Shown here in pieces: positions 25,461 to 37,625 of a stretch of DNA of 64,000 bases. The DNA comes from Mustelus asterias (Eukaryota). Location of the stretch: positions 868,001-932,000 of the forward strand of contig NW_027590155.1 in NCBI RefSeq assembly GCF_964213995.1, read 5' to 3'. The notes beneath the pieces were generated by a model. The model saw only the letters and a program-made list of their open reading frames with translations. It made no database searches and was not told the DNA's origin. Both the position numbers and the translations under genes were made by a program. The stretch's first letter is position 1, and each line of letters opens with the position of its first letter.

Positions 25461-26639
25461 TTTAAATTGTCCACCTTACACCCGATGTGCTCCAGCCACT
25501 GAGTTATGGAGCCAATTCCCGAGCCCAGCGCGGAGTAAGTGTATCATCATCAGTGGAGCAAAGAAGAGGTTGAATTTTCAGGTGGGTGATATTTGATAGA
25601 TGTGGAAATATCCGAGGTGGAGAACAAAGAGTTAATCGACGCGATTTGAATGAGGAAGAATTTGACATGTGTGTCAGTTGTTTTTGTGATAAATGTCTGC
25701 CGCGTCATTCTTCTTCAGAGTTTACTGCTGTTGTTACATCTCTGATTTTTCCAGCTCTGATACAATTCATCCAGTTGACGATTAAACTTATTTCTTCCTT
25801 AATAGACACTGTGAGCCGTGTTTTCCTTTAATGAAGAGTTAAATAAGACGTTTTTTAGTACTTGCCTGGGACTCCAACGCGGAACATGGCGCCGAAACCT
25901 GACCACGGGACGCCAGGAAAGCTAATGTCAGAGATCTGAAATTCATTGATAACCATCTCTGTCTCCACCGCTTCATTTCAGGTCACTTTCGCTACTGACA
26001 TTGTCACACAGTCATTCCAACATCTTATAGCCAACTGAAACAAATTACGTCTTCTTCCTTCATGTTCAAAGACTTTCGACTCCAGAAACTCAGTACGTGC
26101 TGAGCAACGTGCCGTTTAGTTAACAGTTTCGGGCTTTTGCAGTGGAAACATTGACTCTGAACCACTATACCACCCAGGCTCCATTATCACTGGCTCAATG
26201 TTGCCTTGTCCACCATTCCTGGTGTCATGTAATCCATCCTACCTTGTGCTCTATCACAGATATTGCTTTTGTTTCCTTCGCTGACTGATTCCTGACTTTA
26301 CAATCAGAAAATACTGGGAATAATCAGTAGGTCACTTCATGTTTAGTGACAAACGCGCAAATAATTCGACTAATCGAATCCCTCTGAAATTAAAAGCATT
26401 TGGATTTTTTTCTGTGAAGGCAAAATACTGCGGATGCTGGAACCTGAAACAAAAATAGAAAAATTCTGGAAAATTTCAACAGGTCTGACAGCATGTGTAG
26501 AGGGAGAATAGCGCCAACGCTTCGAGTCCGGAGCTATGACGAAGGGTCACCCAGGCTTGAAACGTTGGCTCTATTCTCTCTCCACAGATGCTGCCAGGTC
26601 TATTTAGATCTTCCAACCTTTTTTTCTTTATGGTGAAAG

Positions 26640-26711
26640 TATTTCTGCCGGGATTAAACTGGGGACCTTTCGCGTGTAAGGCGAATGTGACAATCACAAC
26701 ACCACAGAAAC
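26640..26711 (-). pseudogene. tRNA-Val pseudogene (anticodon TAC)
   Basis: GTTTCTGTGGTGTTGTGATTGTCACATTCGCCTTACACGCGAAAGGTCCCCAGTTTAATCCCGGCAGAAATA. Confidence 0.75.
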
Positions 26712-26886
26712 ATTGCGATGCAATGATTCAAGGAAACTGGTTCCAAAATCCGTCAATTGCCAACAATAATTTACATTTGAGTTGCATGGCATTCTGTGAC
26801 AACAAAGGTAGTTCGTAAAGATAATTAGCTGGACATATAGCGGTGATGAGATTCGATCACACGCTTCAACTAATATTACTGCCCTG

Positions 26887-27050
26887 TAAGTAGTCTCACA
26901 GCACCGGGTTTATTTGGTAGCACGAGCTTTCGGAGCACTGCCCCTTCATCAGGTGAGTCACGTGATGAAGGGGATGTGCTTGGACTTTAACCTGGTGTTG
27001 TGGAACTACTTACTGTGCTTACTCCAGTCCAACGCTGGCAACTCCACATC
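26887..27050. mobile_element. 164-bp Penelope-derived mini-element with 12-bp TSD
   Basis: Two oppositely oriented terminal-repeat pieces. ATTACTGCCCTG at 26875-26886 and 27051-27062. Confidence 0.8.
26921..26955 (-). ncRNA. Minimal type I hammerhead ribozyme
   Basis: cac-CUGAUGA-a-ggggc(agu)gcucc-GAAA-gc-UC-gug. Confidence 0.75.
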
Positions 27051-27819
27051 ATTACTGCCCTGAACTCATTATTGGAGTACAATTGGCTCACATGACCCAT
27101 TGAGCCTCCTCCACGACTTAATCAAGGCAGATCCACAGCCTCAATCCCAATTTCCCAGCTTATCCCGATAGCCCTTCATTTACTTAGATTCCAACAACTC
27201 TCCACCTCAACCTTCAATGTCTTCATCAACTGAAGATCCACAGACCTCTGTGCGGCTACAGAATTGATGGAAGATGGCGCCCGAGCGAGGCGACCTCTTG
27301 CAAGCTATTCGCAGCACACCTTCTCACCCCATCTTTTCCTCATGTTCTATGTTTCTAAAACTTCATTCTAACTCTTCTAAACTCTCCAACAATGCTTTAA
27401 TTCAATTTCTCACATCCCAGCTATGACTGTAACACTACATTGTGCTCTCTCTCGTCTCCTTCTCGATGAACGGAATGCTTTGTCTGTACAGCGCGCAAGA
27501 AACAATACTTTCCACTGTATGCTAATACATGTGACAATAATAAGTCAAAGAATTCCAGTGATTCACAAGCCTTTGAGTGAAGAAATGTCTCCATATCTCA
27601 GTCACAAATGGCTGAAACATTATCCAGAAAATGTGACCCCGAGTACCTTACTGAGGCACGTTTTGCCACCGTATAACCGTAACATCACTCATTTGCCATG
27701 GCTAATCCATCTAGCCTACACCAGCTGCACAGTGAGTGTGACAGTGGAAGCAGAAAAGGAACAATACGCCAGTGGCGACTTTGTTGAGGGCATTTTTTCA
27801 ATAAATGGCGAAGAACAAA

Positions 27820-28735
27820 GTAACATTTTGTCTGCTCCAATCCGGTGCAGGTGCAACAACGATCTAGAATCCGGGAGAATTAAAACAAAATATTAATTTC
27901 GATGATGTTTCGACCTCATTTTGAATCGGGGAGCCTATCGTCTATGAAATGAATGTGTTAACTCCTACAATTCAGAAATGCAGCTCATGACTGTTGTGCC
28001 CGTTCCAGAATGTCAAACCGTTCAGTCTGATTGCAGTTTAAATCCTTGTTTTGTAGAATTATAATTTTGTTGACAACCTTAGCCATGTGGCAGAGTCATC
28101 GATCTGCCATAAGATTCAGAAAATAACATTTGTCACGAATTTTATCTCTTTCTCCATGACTGCAGTTGCAGAATATTATTCAAGCTTTGGGGAATTGTAA
28201 ATGCCACATGGCTCTGAGATAGTGTGATTCCTTAATATTTAATCACACTTAGAGTTGGGACAGCTGCTTTCAAAAGGTTTTGTCAGTTTTTTTGAACAAT
28301 AATCAGTATACTTCAGGAACACAGGTGACAAATGGAATTTGATGCATGTCCACAGATTCTGCCAAACCTGCTGAGAATTTCCACCATCTAATACTTGTAT
28401 TATAAATACAGGTTTTATCAGAACATAAAACACACCGCAAGACGGCAATGATAAATGAAATAGTCCTACAAGCTGTTCGCCTGTAACGTTCTGTTTCCAA
28501 AACCCACCAATCTTATCATTGCTGATTGTGAGAAACTTACCTTGTAAAACATGGCAGGCATTCATCTCTCAAAGAACTGAAACGCCTCAAATGTGAACAA
28601 TCTGCTCTCAACCTCAGGACCTTGCAATTATAAAAACAGCATTCTGGTGGAAGTTTAACTCTGTCCTCAATCCACTGCTCTTTGCCGACTTGCTGTGTAT
28701 TTCCCTCATTGAACACATTTCAGGTTGGGACAGAT
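27820..28735 (+). repeat. Direct segmental duplicate of 52335-53260, containing a decayed tRNA-Val remnant
   Basis: Colinear high-identity match of unique sequence. Confidence 0.88.
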
Positions 28736-28781
28736 TTGTGTGACTATTTAATGTCCGTATTTGAGCAACTTTGCCAACAGC

Positions 28782-28861
28782 GGCTCGTTGGTCTCGGGGT
28801 ATGATTCTCGCTTTGGGTGTTATGATTCGCAAAAATCCCGGTTCAAATCCCGGATGTACCC
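28782..28861 (+). pseudogene. Intron-containing tRNA-Pro(TGG) pseudogene (3' exon partly deleted)
   Basis: Near-canonical 36-nt 5' exon, intron TGTTATGATTCGCAAAA.., loss of TGCGAGAGG. Flanks are an inverted copy of ~49590-50310. Confidence 0.82.
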
Positions 28862-30249
28862 CATTGTTGTTGTTGCGACGGTAAAGTCTTGTTCATTGCA
28901 TTGCTGGATGAATTTACCTGCGGTTTCGTCTGAGAAACTGATAATACAGCGGATCCAACAACACAACGCACTCACAAGTAATTCAAGATGTTTTCAAAAG
29001 TTGGCGCTTCTTTTGGACATTGTCTTTATCCCTCGTCAACGATTCAGAGGACCCACTGCTTGTGGGTTCCAGCCACTGGCTCTGTGTGCACTGTTATTCA
29101 TTCATACGATGTGGCTGACTCCCCCACGCACTGTCTATATCTGTCCCTCTTTGTTTCTGAATATCAATCTGTCTTTTTCAATCTCTCAGACTCTCTCTGT
29201 ACGTCTATCAACTTTCCATATTGTGCTCTTATTTCCCTCTATTCTCGCGCTGTCTATGTAACCAAGATTCACTGGATTGATTGCTGTGCTGAGACAGTTG
29301 CCCTTGGAGGAGAGATTCATTGTGATTACCCTGTTCTCTCTAAAGTTTGGAATAATGAAAAATGATCCCGTTGAAAAGTCTGGAACGGCGAGACTGTTTG
29401 ACAGTGTACATGCTGAGATTGTTTCCACCACCCCCCCCCCCCTCCACGCCTCACACCATCGCCTTCCTACACCCCTCCACCGCAGCCCCCCCCCCCCCCC
29501 CCACCACCACCACAACCCTCCTCCTCCCCCGCCTCTTGCTGGAGTCTGGAGTGTTTTAAACTGGGCTCACAATATCCGGATAGTACGGCAACCATTTAGG
29601 ACCGAGGTGAGGAGAGAATTCTTCACTCAGAGGCTTGTGAATGCTTGGAATTCTGTAGCCCAACGGTCTGCGGATCCTCAACCAGTGAGGATATTGAATA
29701 CTGAGAAGGAGAATTTTTTTGAACTCGAAGAGAATTAAGGGATTCGGGTTTTGGTGGCAAATTGGTGTTGAACGTGGGATCCACCGTGATCTTATTCCGT
29801 GGTGGAGGAGAATCGAAGGGAAATATGACCCACTCCTTCTCCATCGATTCTGTCCACTGGCAACAGCAACCGTGGCAGCATTCCTTTTCTACTGGTAAAT
29901 TTGATCTTTGGTCCAAGGCACTGAACTGATGTTTTGTGGAGGCGTGGGATCGCATCCCACTGTTTTTAATATTTCAATTGATTTAGTTTAAATTTCATGA
30001 AATACTTTTAGTCGACCATGCCATGTCTCAGATTTATTGCAGCAGAAAGCATCTTATTCACTTGGACAAAAGGAGCCAGCAGAGACGATGTAAATACAAG
30101 TTGTTCGGGACAATTGGCAGGATTGTGGAATGGGATGGAAATTTAATCCTTATTTTTCAAAGTAGCACAAGTACCACTCCTGTTTTCGAGTAGGAAGTAA
30201 TTTCAGCTCCTCTTCATTCATGTGCTGCACGACAGCAATAGAGTTGCAT

Positions 30250-30330
30250 TCACTGACCTGGAATTAAGCCCAGGCCGCGGTAATGAAAGCTCCGAATCCT
30301 CCGAGTCCTAACCACTAGACCAGCAGGGAA
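30250..30330 (-). pseudogene. tRNA-Glu(TTC) pseudogene with 9-nt internal tandem duplication
   Basis: TCCCTGCTGGTCTAGTGGTT-AGGACTCGG-AGGATTCGG-AGCTTTCA... Confidence 0.7.
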
Positions 30331-30720
30331 GGTGTCTGCCTGCACTTTAACCTCACCCATTTATATTAAATTTGGGCTTTATTTTCATTTCAGTTTTTGT
30401 TCTATGCCTGCGATGGGCAAAATGCCATGTTTAGATGGAATATGCGTAACTCCTTCAGCCAGTGACATCACCTTTTGCTGTAACCTGGAACATGAAATCG
30501 ACAGTGAGGTGAAATAGTCCCACAGGTTGCTCTTGTGTATCTTTCAGTTTCCAAAATCCACCAACCTCATCATTGTGACCCCAATGAAACAAAAAGCGCA
30601 AACATAGCAGCTTTGTAATATGGAACTGACACGCAATTAGTTTGAACTCCATCCTTTCCATCGCAGAATTTTGCAGTACTAAAAATACCATCCAAGTGAA
30701 AGTTTACCTTTTCCTCGTTC

Positions 30721-31742
30721 CACAGTAAGAAGTCTCACAACACCAGGTTAAAGTCCAACAGGCTTATTTGGAATCATGAGCATTCGGAGAGCTGCTCCTT
30801 CATCAGGTAAGTGTAGAGGCAGGTTTCACAAACACGGCAAATATACACAAAGACACAATTGTAAGATAATGGTTGGAATAAGAGTCTTTTCAGGCAATCA
30901 AGTCTTTACAGGTACAGACAATGCAAGTGGCGAGAGGGATAATCACAAGTTATGGAGGTATGAATTGTCTCAAACCAGGACAGTTAGTAGGATTTTGCAC
31001 TTCCACGCCAATTGGTTACATGTAGTGCGACATGAATCCAAGATCCCGGTTGAGGCCGTGCTGATGCAAGCGGAACTTGGCTATCAGCTTCTGCTCGGCG
31101 ATTCTGCGTTGTCGTATGTCTTGAAGGCCACCTTGGAGAGTGCTTAGCCGGACGTCCGAGGCTGAATGCCCTTGACTGCTTAAATGTTCACCGCAAGGAA
31201 GGGAACACTCCTGCCTGGTGACTATTGTGCAGTGTCAGTTCAGCCGTTGTAGCATCTGCATGGATTCGCCGATGTACGACGCCTCTGGACATCGTTTTCT
31301 ACGTATGAGGTAGACAACGTTGGCCGAGTTGCATGAGTATGTACCGTGTACCGGGTGGAGAGAATTTTCATGTGTGATGATGGCATCCATGTCGATGGTC
31401 CAGCACGTCTTGCAGAGATTGCCTTGGCAGAGTTGTTTTGTGCCGTGGTCGCTGTTTTCCTGAAGGGTGGGTAGTTTGCTGCTACCAATAGTCTGTTGGA
31501 GTTTGCGCGGTTTTTGAAGGCAAGTGGTGGGGGTGTGGCGATGGCCTCATCGATGACATGTTGAAGACTCCGAAGAAGATGCCGTAATTTCTCCGCTCCG
31601 GGGAAGTACTGGACGACTAAGGTCACCCTGTCAGTCATGTCCTCTGTTTGCCTTCTGAGGAGGTCAGTGCGGTTTTTCGCTGAGGCGCGGCGGAACTGTC
31701 GATCAATCAGTCGAGCGTCACATCCCCTTGTTACGAGGAGAT
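30721..31742 (-). mobile_element. Penelope-like element, 5'-truncated (GIY-YIG region and terminal repeat)
   Basis: LVVQYFPGAEKLRHLLRSLQH. Colinear with 61430-62520. Confidence 0.85.
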
Positions 31743-31844
31743 GCACCTCATTCTACTGACCTTTGCCAACTTGCTGTGTTTTAACTTATAATAAAACCTT
31801 TATTGATAATAAAAACAGCAGAAGTTCTAAGTTCTCAGTAGGTT

Positions 31845-32880
31845 TGTGCTCCTGTATCTCTGTTTAAGTCCCTGCATCGCTGTGTGGGTGCATCTATATC
31901 TGTCTGTGTGCCCCTTACTCTGTGCATTCCCCTGTATCGTGTATACACCGCTATCTCTCTGTGTGTGCCCCTAAATATGTGTATGCCCAATCTCTATGTG
32001 TGTGCCCCGGGTCTGTGTATGCCCAATATCTCTGTGTGTGCCGCTGAGTCTGTGTGTGCCCCTGAATTTGTGTACGCCCCACTACCTCTCTGTGTCTGTC
32101 CCTGTATCTGTGTGTGCACCACTCTGTGTGTGTGTGTGCCGCAGAGTGTGCGTGTGCCCCTGGCTCTCTGTATGCCCCAGTATCTCTGTTTGTGTGCTCC
32201 TGTATTTCTGTTTGTGTGTGTGTGTGCCCCTCTATCTCTGAGTGCCCCTCAATCTGTGCGTCTCCCTGTATCTGTGTGAACCCTGGTATCTGTGTGAGTG
32301 TGCGTCCCTGTATCTACCTTCATGTGTGTCACTGTATATGCGTGTTTGCCACGGTATCTTTGTGTCTCTCCGTGTGTGTATGCGTGTATGTGCGTGCACG
32401 CGCGTGTGTCTGTGTATCTGTTTGTGTGTGTGTGTGTGTGTCCATGTATCTGTCTTTCTGTGTCCCTCTATTTGTATGTATGTCCCTCCCTCTATCTGTG
32501 TGTGTGACCCTGTATCTGTGTGCATGCCCCCATGTCTCTGTTTGTGCCCCTGTATCTGTGTCTGTGTGTCCGTGTATCTAAATATGCACATGTATCTGAA
32601 TGTGCCCTTGCAACTGTGTGTGCCTCAGTATCTGTGTGTCCCTGTAACTGTGTGTGTGAGCCCCTGTGTCTGTGAGGTTTTCAGTTTCTCTCTGTCTGTT
32701 CCCCTGTATGTGAGCGTGTGCTTTTGAGTATGTTTTTTAAGTTTGTGTCTATATATATAAGTCTGTGTGTTTGTTTGGGTGAGAGCGTGTGTATATGGCA
32801 GCATGTGTTTATGAGAGTGTTTCTGAATGCGTAACTGTGCGTGTGTGAGTACATGTTTGTGTTGAGTGAGTGTCAGTGCG
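31845..32880. repeat. Degenerate minisatellite (~22-nt CTGTATCTCTGTGTGTGTGCCC unit) and TG microsatellite
   Basis: Repeating unit visible. A related patch lies at 34530-34715. Confidence 0.9.
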
Positions 32881-33224
32881 ACATTGAGACATTGTAAAAC
32901 AGAAACATACTTCAAATTTGAAAGAAAATGACATTAACCAAACTCTCCATTTTGGATGCTATCAGTTCCAGAAACAATTGAAGCAACATTTAGCCTCTGT
33001 GTTTATTGTGTGTTAGGGAATGGCCCACCAGTTTCACAAGAGCCAACACCGAAACCTTCCCTGATGAATATGTACGAAACTTGTAGAGGTATATAACTGG
33101 CAGGGCAAATCGGAACAAGAATGGAGGTTGAACATTTTCATTCCAACACAGATGGTTTTTTTTTCTGTATCACAGTAACTTTTATAATGTAGGCCAAGAG
33201 CTTCAAAATGGGAAAAGCTTATTA

Positions 33225-33487
33225 TGGAGTTTGCACATTCTCCTCGTGTCTGCGTGGGTTTCCTCCGGGTGCTCCGGTTTCCTCCCACAGTCCAAAGATG
33301 TGCGCGTTAGGTTGATTGGCCATGCTAAAATTGCCCCTTAGTGTTATGAGATGCGTAGGTTAGAGGGATTAGTGGGTAAATATGTAGGGATATGGGGGTA
33401 GGGCCTGGGTGGGATTGTGGTCGGTGCAGACTCGATGGGCCGAATGGCCTCCTTCTGTACTGTAGGGTTTCTATTTCTATTTCTATT
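33225..33487 (+). mobile_element. HE1/V-SINE, 5'-truncated
   Basis: V-domain and CR1-like tail, nearly identical to 62690-62940. Confidence 0.85.
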
Positions 33488-33489
33488 TC

Positions 33490-34360
33490 GATCGAGCACG
33501 GATACAGTGTGAATAAAGGCTGTGAAGATACAAAATAATTTCAAGTTTGCCGACGACATCACTGTAGTGGGTTGGATCTCAAACAATGACGAGACAGAGT
33601 ACAGGAATGAGATGAACAATATGGTTAACTGTTCCGGCGACAATAATCTCTGCTTCAATGTCAATAAAACAAAGGAGATTGTCATCGATTTTAGGAAGCG
33701 AAAAGGAGAACATGTCCCTGTCTACATCAACGAAGACGAAGTAGAAATGGTCGAAAGCTTCCAGTTTTTATGTGTCCAGATCACCAACAACCTGTCCTTG
33801 TCCCCCCATGCCGACACGAAAGTTAAGAAAGCCCACCAACGCTTCTACTTTCTCAGAAGACTAAGGAAATTTGGCATGTCAGCAACGACTCTCACCAACT
33901 TTTACAGATGCACCATAGAAATCATTCTTTCTGGTTGTATCACAGCTTGGTATGGCTCCTGCTCTGCCTAAGGCCGCAAGAAACAACAAGAAGGCATGAA
34001 TAGAGCCCAATCCATCACGCAAACCAGTCTCCCATCCATTGACTGCCGCTGCCACGGCAAAGCAGCCAGCATAATTAAGGATCCCACGCACCCCGGACAT
34101 TCTATCTTCCACCTTCATCCGCGGGAAAAATATACAAAGTCTGAGGACACGCACCAACCGACTCAAGAACAGCTTCTTTCCTGCTGCCGTCTGGCTTTTG
34201 AATGGACTTACTTTGCATAACGCTGATCTTTCACTCCACCCAAGCTATGACTGTAACATTACATTCTTCAATGTCTCGTTTCCTTCTCTATGAACGATAT
34301 GCTTTGTCTTTTCCCTGTACTGTTCACTGTATGTAATATACGTGACAAAAATAAATCAAA
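33490..34360 (+). mobile_element. Rex1/Babar LINE 3' part
   Basis: KFADDITVVG, NVNKTKEIVIDFRK, KAHQRFYFLRRLRKF. Confidence 0.88.
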
Positions 34361-35720
34361 TGCAATCAAAGAAATAAAATCTGCGCCTTAAAATGATTTC
34401 GTTTTCAATCTTCAAAGAATCATTGTGTAATTTAGTGGATTATATTGGAAACATTGACGTTTATTAGTGTCACAATTAGGCTTACATTAACATTGCAATG
34501 AAGTTACTGTGAACATTCTTTATAAGGATCTGTGTGTCTGTGTGAGTGTATGCGTGTGCGCATGTCTGTGTCTGTGTGTGTTTGTGACTCTGTATTTCTG
34601 TGAACGAGTGCGCGCCCCTGTATCTCTATGTGTGTATGTTTGCGCGTGTGGGCCCCTGTAAATGTCTTTGTGTATGTGCGCGCTGCTGTAAATGTCTGTG
34701 TGCGCGTGCCCCTATAAGATTAAACCTTGAAAATGTCTGACAGTGAATTACAGAGGGAAGAAAAGTTTGCCCACTCCCATTTTGAATGTGATTTAACCTC
34801 TGATAACTGCATCGAATGCACGCATTGCAGTCTGAAATAACATCAACTTCAATGTCCAGACCATGTCTCCAAAGGATAATGAAGAACACAGTTCCTGTGC
34901 GGTGTCTGGTTATATAAAAGGGCGAATGCGCCAGCCGAGCTCCTTCTGTATACTCAAATCTCGGACAATATCGTTCAATAGTCACACTTCAGCAAAAGGT
35001 TCGCGGATGCAGCCATCCAGACACTGAACTTTGAGACTCACAAATCTGCAGTTGCTGTGCGGCGCCAGCAGATGGTGGTGTTGTATCACTTTAACGACAA
35101 GAGAGCAAAACAGGTTTGAGGAGATTTTTAGGTTAAATTTATTTCCTTGTTTCCCCAGAAAGGAACCAACAAGTAAAGCAACGACATTAGTATCTGTGTC
35201 AGTACTATTCACAGGGAAATCTGGCCGAAGGATAATGAATTTAATACTGACATTGGCATTCATCTTCCCACGAATAAATATGCGCATTAACAGCTAATTA
35301 TTTTATGACCTCTTTTATTGATTTAAAGTGATGTGTACTTTTCTCATCCAGACTTATTAAATAATAAAGTTTTATGGTGCGGTGAGGTTTAAGGGACGGT
35401 GGGGCTGGCATCTCCGTTTGTTGTTGGAGGTGTGTTGGAGTAGACGCAAAATGTCACAGTCACCAATCTCCCTCCCGCTTTGCCATGGGGATACTTTACT
35501 CTGGAGCTCATTTTGCCCAGGCCATGCTGAATGTCAGCATTGAAATGATCCAAACCCAGTGCCCTTTGGAAGTAAATTCGATTATTTTTCTATTTCTGCG
35601 CTTGCTGTTCATGAATTGATCAGAATAACAAAACAAAAACGGTCTCACTGTGCGTGTCTGACTGAGATGGGGTTTTGTACAGTACACCAGATAAACACAC
35701 TGTTATGGTAAACTATCTGA

Positions 35721-37625
35721 TCACTGTTTAATAAGCTTCACAATTCCAGTAAATGGAAATTTCACCACATTCTTCAGATCCGCTCTGAATTGCGTCTGGG
35801 TCATGGCATGAATGCATGTGTTGGTGCAGCAACTCTAGAGTTGAAGCATAAATCCCAGTTCCTGAGCAAATAATGGCAAAATAACAGAAATAAATTCAAC
35901 TTGTACAATCGCTGATTAAGGCAAAACAATAGGAACCCTGACCATAACAGGATAAAATTTCCCGACATCGCAAAGGGTAAGATGGTAGATTTTCTTCACT
36001 TCTCTATCTCTTGGCCATTTGAACTTTCCCCACTCTTTTGCGTCTGAGGTCTACGGAGAACCTTGCTCGACAATAAAATGTGTTTAACGGTTGAAATATT
36101 GAACAGCAGATTCAGCAATAAAGGAACAGATGAGGTTTGGAGAAGAAGGCTGTGGAGGCCAGTTCATTGAGTGTCTTTAAGACAGAGAGATATAGGTTCT
36201 TGATTGATAAGGGGATCGGGGTTATGGGGAAAAGGCAGCAGAATGGGGATGAGAAAAAATATCAGCCATGATTGAATGGCGGAGCAGACTCGATGGGCCA
36301 AGTGGTCTAATGCTGCTCCTATGTCTTATGGTCTTCTGGTCTTTTGGCTAAAATATAATGCAGACTTTCAACTTCTACTCACGCTGGTGAAAACAATTCA
36401 TCAGAATCTGCATAACAGAAGTAGAGATTATTGGAAAGTACACTATATCCTCAGACATATAGTACCAGAACGTGTTCTTTGCACTGAGCAGCACACTCAC
36501 TGTTCCAATAACCACAACTGCCGTTTTCTCAGTGTAGTATTTTATTTTCTGTTTCTGACAAGTAATGGCCACGAATCGATCAAAGGTGAAAGTGACAGTG
36601 AACAAGACAGAACAATCGGTGACTGCGTACAGCAGGACGGTATGGATGTTGCACACTTGAGTATGATGCATGAAGATAAATTGATCATTAACTCTGATAG
36701 GAATTTGCCTCAATATGAGGTCGATGATGACGACCAGTACACACGCTGCTAACATGGAAATTAGGAACGTGTGACACATTTTGAAAGTCCACACCTTCCG
36801 CGAGACAGGATAGGAATCGTCGATAAGTTCACTGTAAGGAAGAGAGACACAATTAACTCATATTTCAGATTGAGAACGGGAGCAGCGGTCTGTCAGGATT
36901 CTGGGGAGCAGTTGAAGTATTTGTTTTCACATAATCCAGCCTCAGAATAATATGGATTCACTGGTTCCGCTGAGACCGAGTTCACAGTAGGAAAGCACCG
37001 CATTGATGTAGCAAGAAAGCAGATTCACCAACAGATCAGATCTCCACTTTCAAGCCTTCTCCATATTTGTATTTGGGAAACACAATGATGCCAATGGGTT
37101 TGGACCAAATGTCCCTGGTCCGGGTCACTCTGCTGTGACTCTGCTGTAGACTCTGCATTTGTAGATATTGCATCAGTTGATTTGGAATTGGCTGTGAATC
37201 ACAGCACTGGAAATTATATATATATTTTTACTGAGGTCAGGACCCTTTAGATACTAAGGCAGGAACAGTGAAAGTGGCCGGTGGAGGTGGGGACGGAGTG
37301 GGTGGAGCGAGGAGATGGGGGTGGGGGGGGGGGTGGGGCGTGGTAGTGGGGAGGGGAGGGGAGGGAGAGGGAAATAAAGAGCAACCACCAGGCGACAGTA
37401 GGGAGAATGGCTGCTGAGAAGAGAGAGAATTTTTCCCACTGCATTAGCACATAAGGAACATGACGTTTGCATATAATAATATTATTAACTGGATCTCATG
37501 GACAAGGGTAATAAATATAGTGAAATTACACTCACCAGTCACACCAACGGAGTGGGTAGTAAATCCTTCAGACATCGTGACGTACCCAAATAATACGAAG
37601 CTCAAGTGGAATAATCCAGAACATG
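35721..37625 (-). pseudogene. GPR139-like rhodopsin-class GPCR pseudogene (two exons)
   Basis: Exon 1 ...RIYYP/VGVT with donor at 37535. Exon 2 starts at 36831: VNL..IPILSRGRCGLSKCVT, FTFDRFVAI (DRY-equivalent), LLFNISTVKHIL, MLQL*SCCTNTCIHAMTQTQFR. Frameshifts, stops, and a CR1-tail insertion at ~36145-36340. The 5' end is approximate. Confidence 0.82.

Noticed and set aside
31884-32915. Cys/Val-rich and His/Thr-rich ORFs
   Set aside because: They are translations of the TG-rich minisatellite
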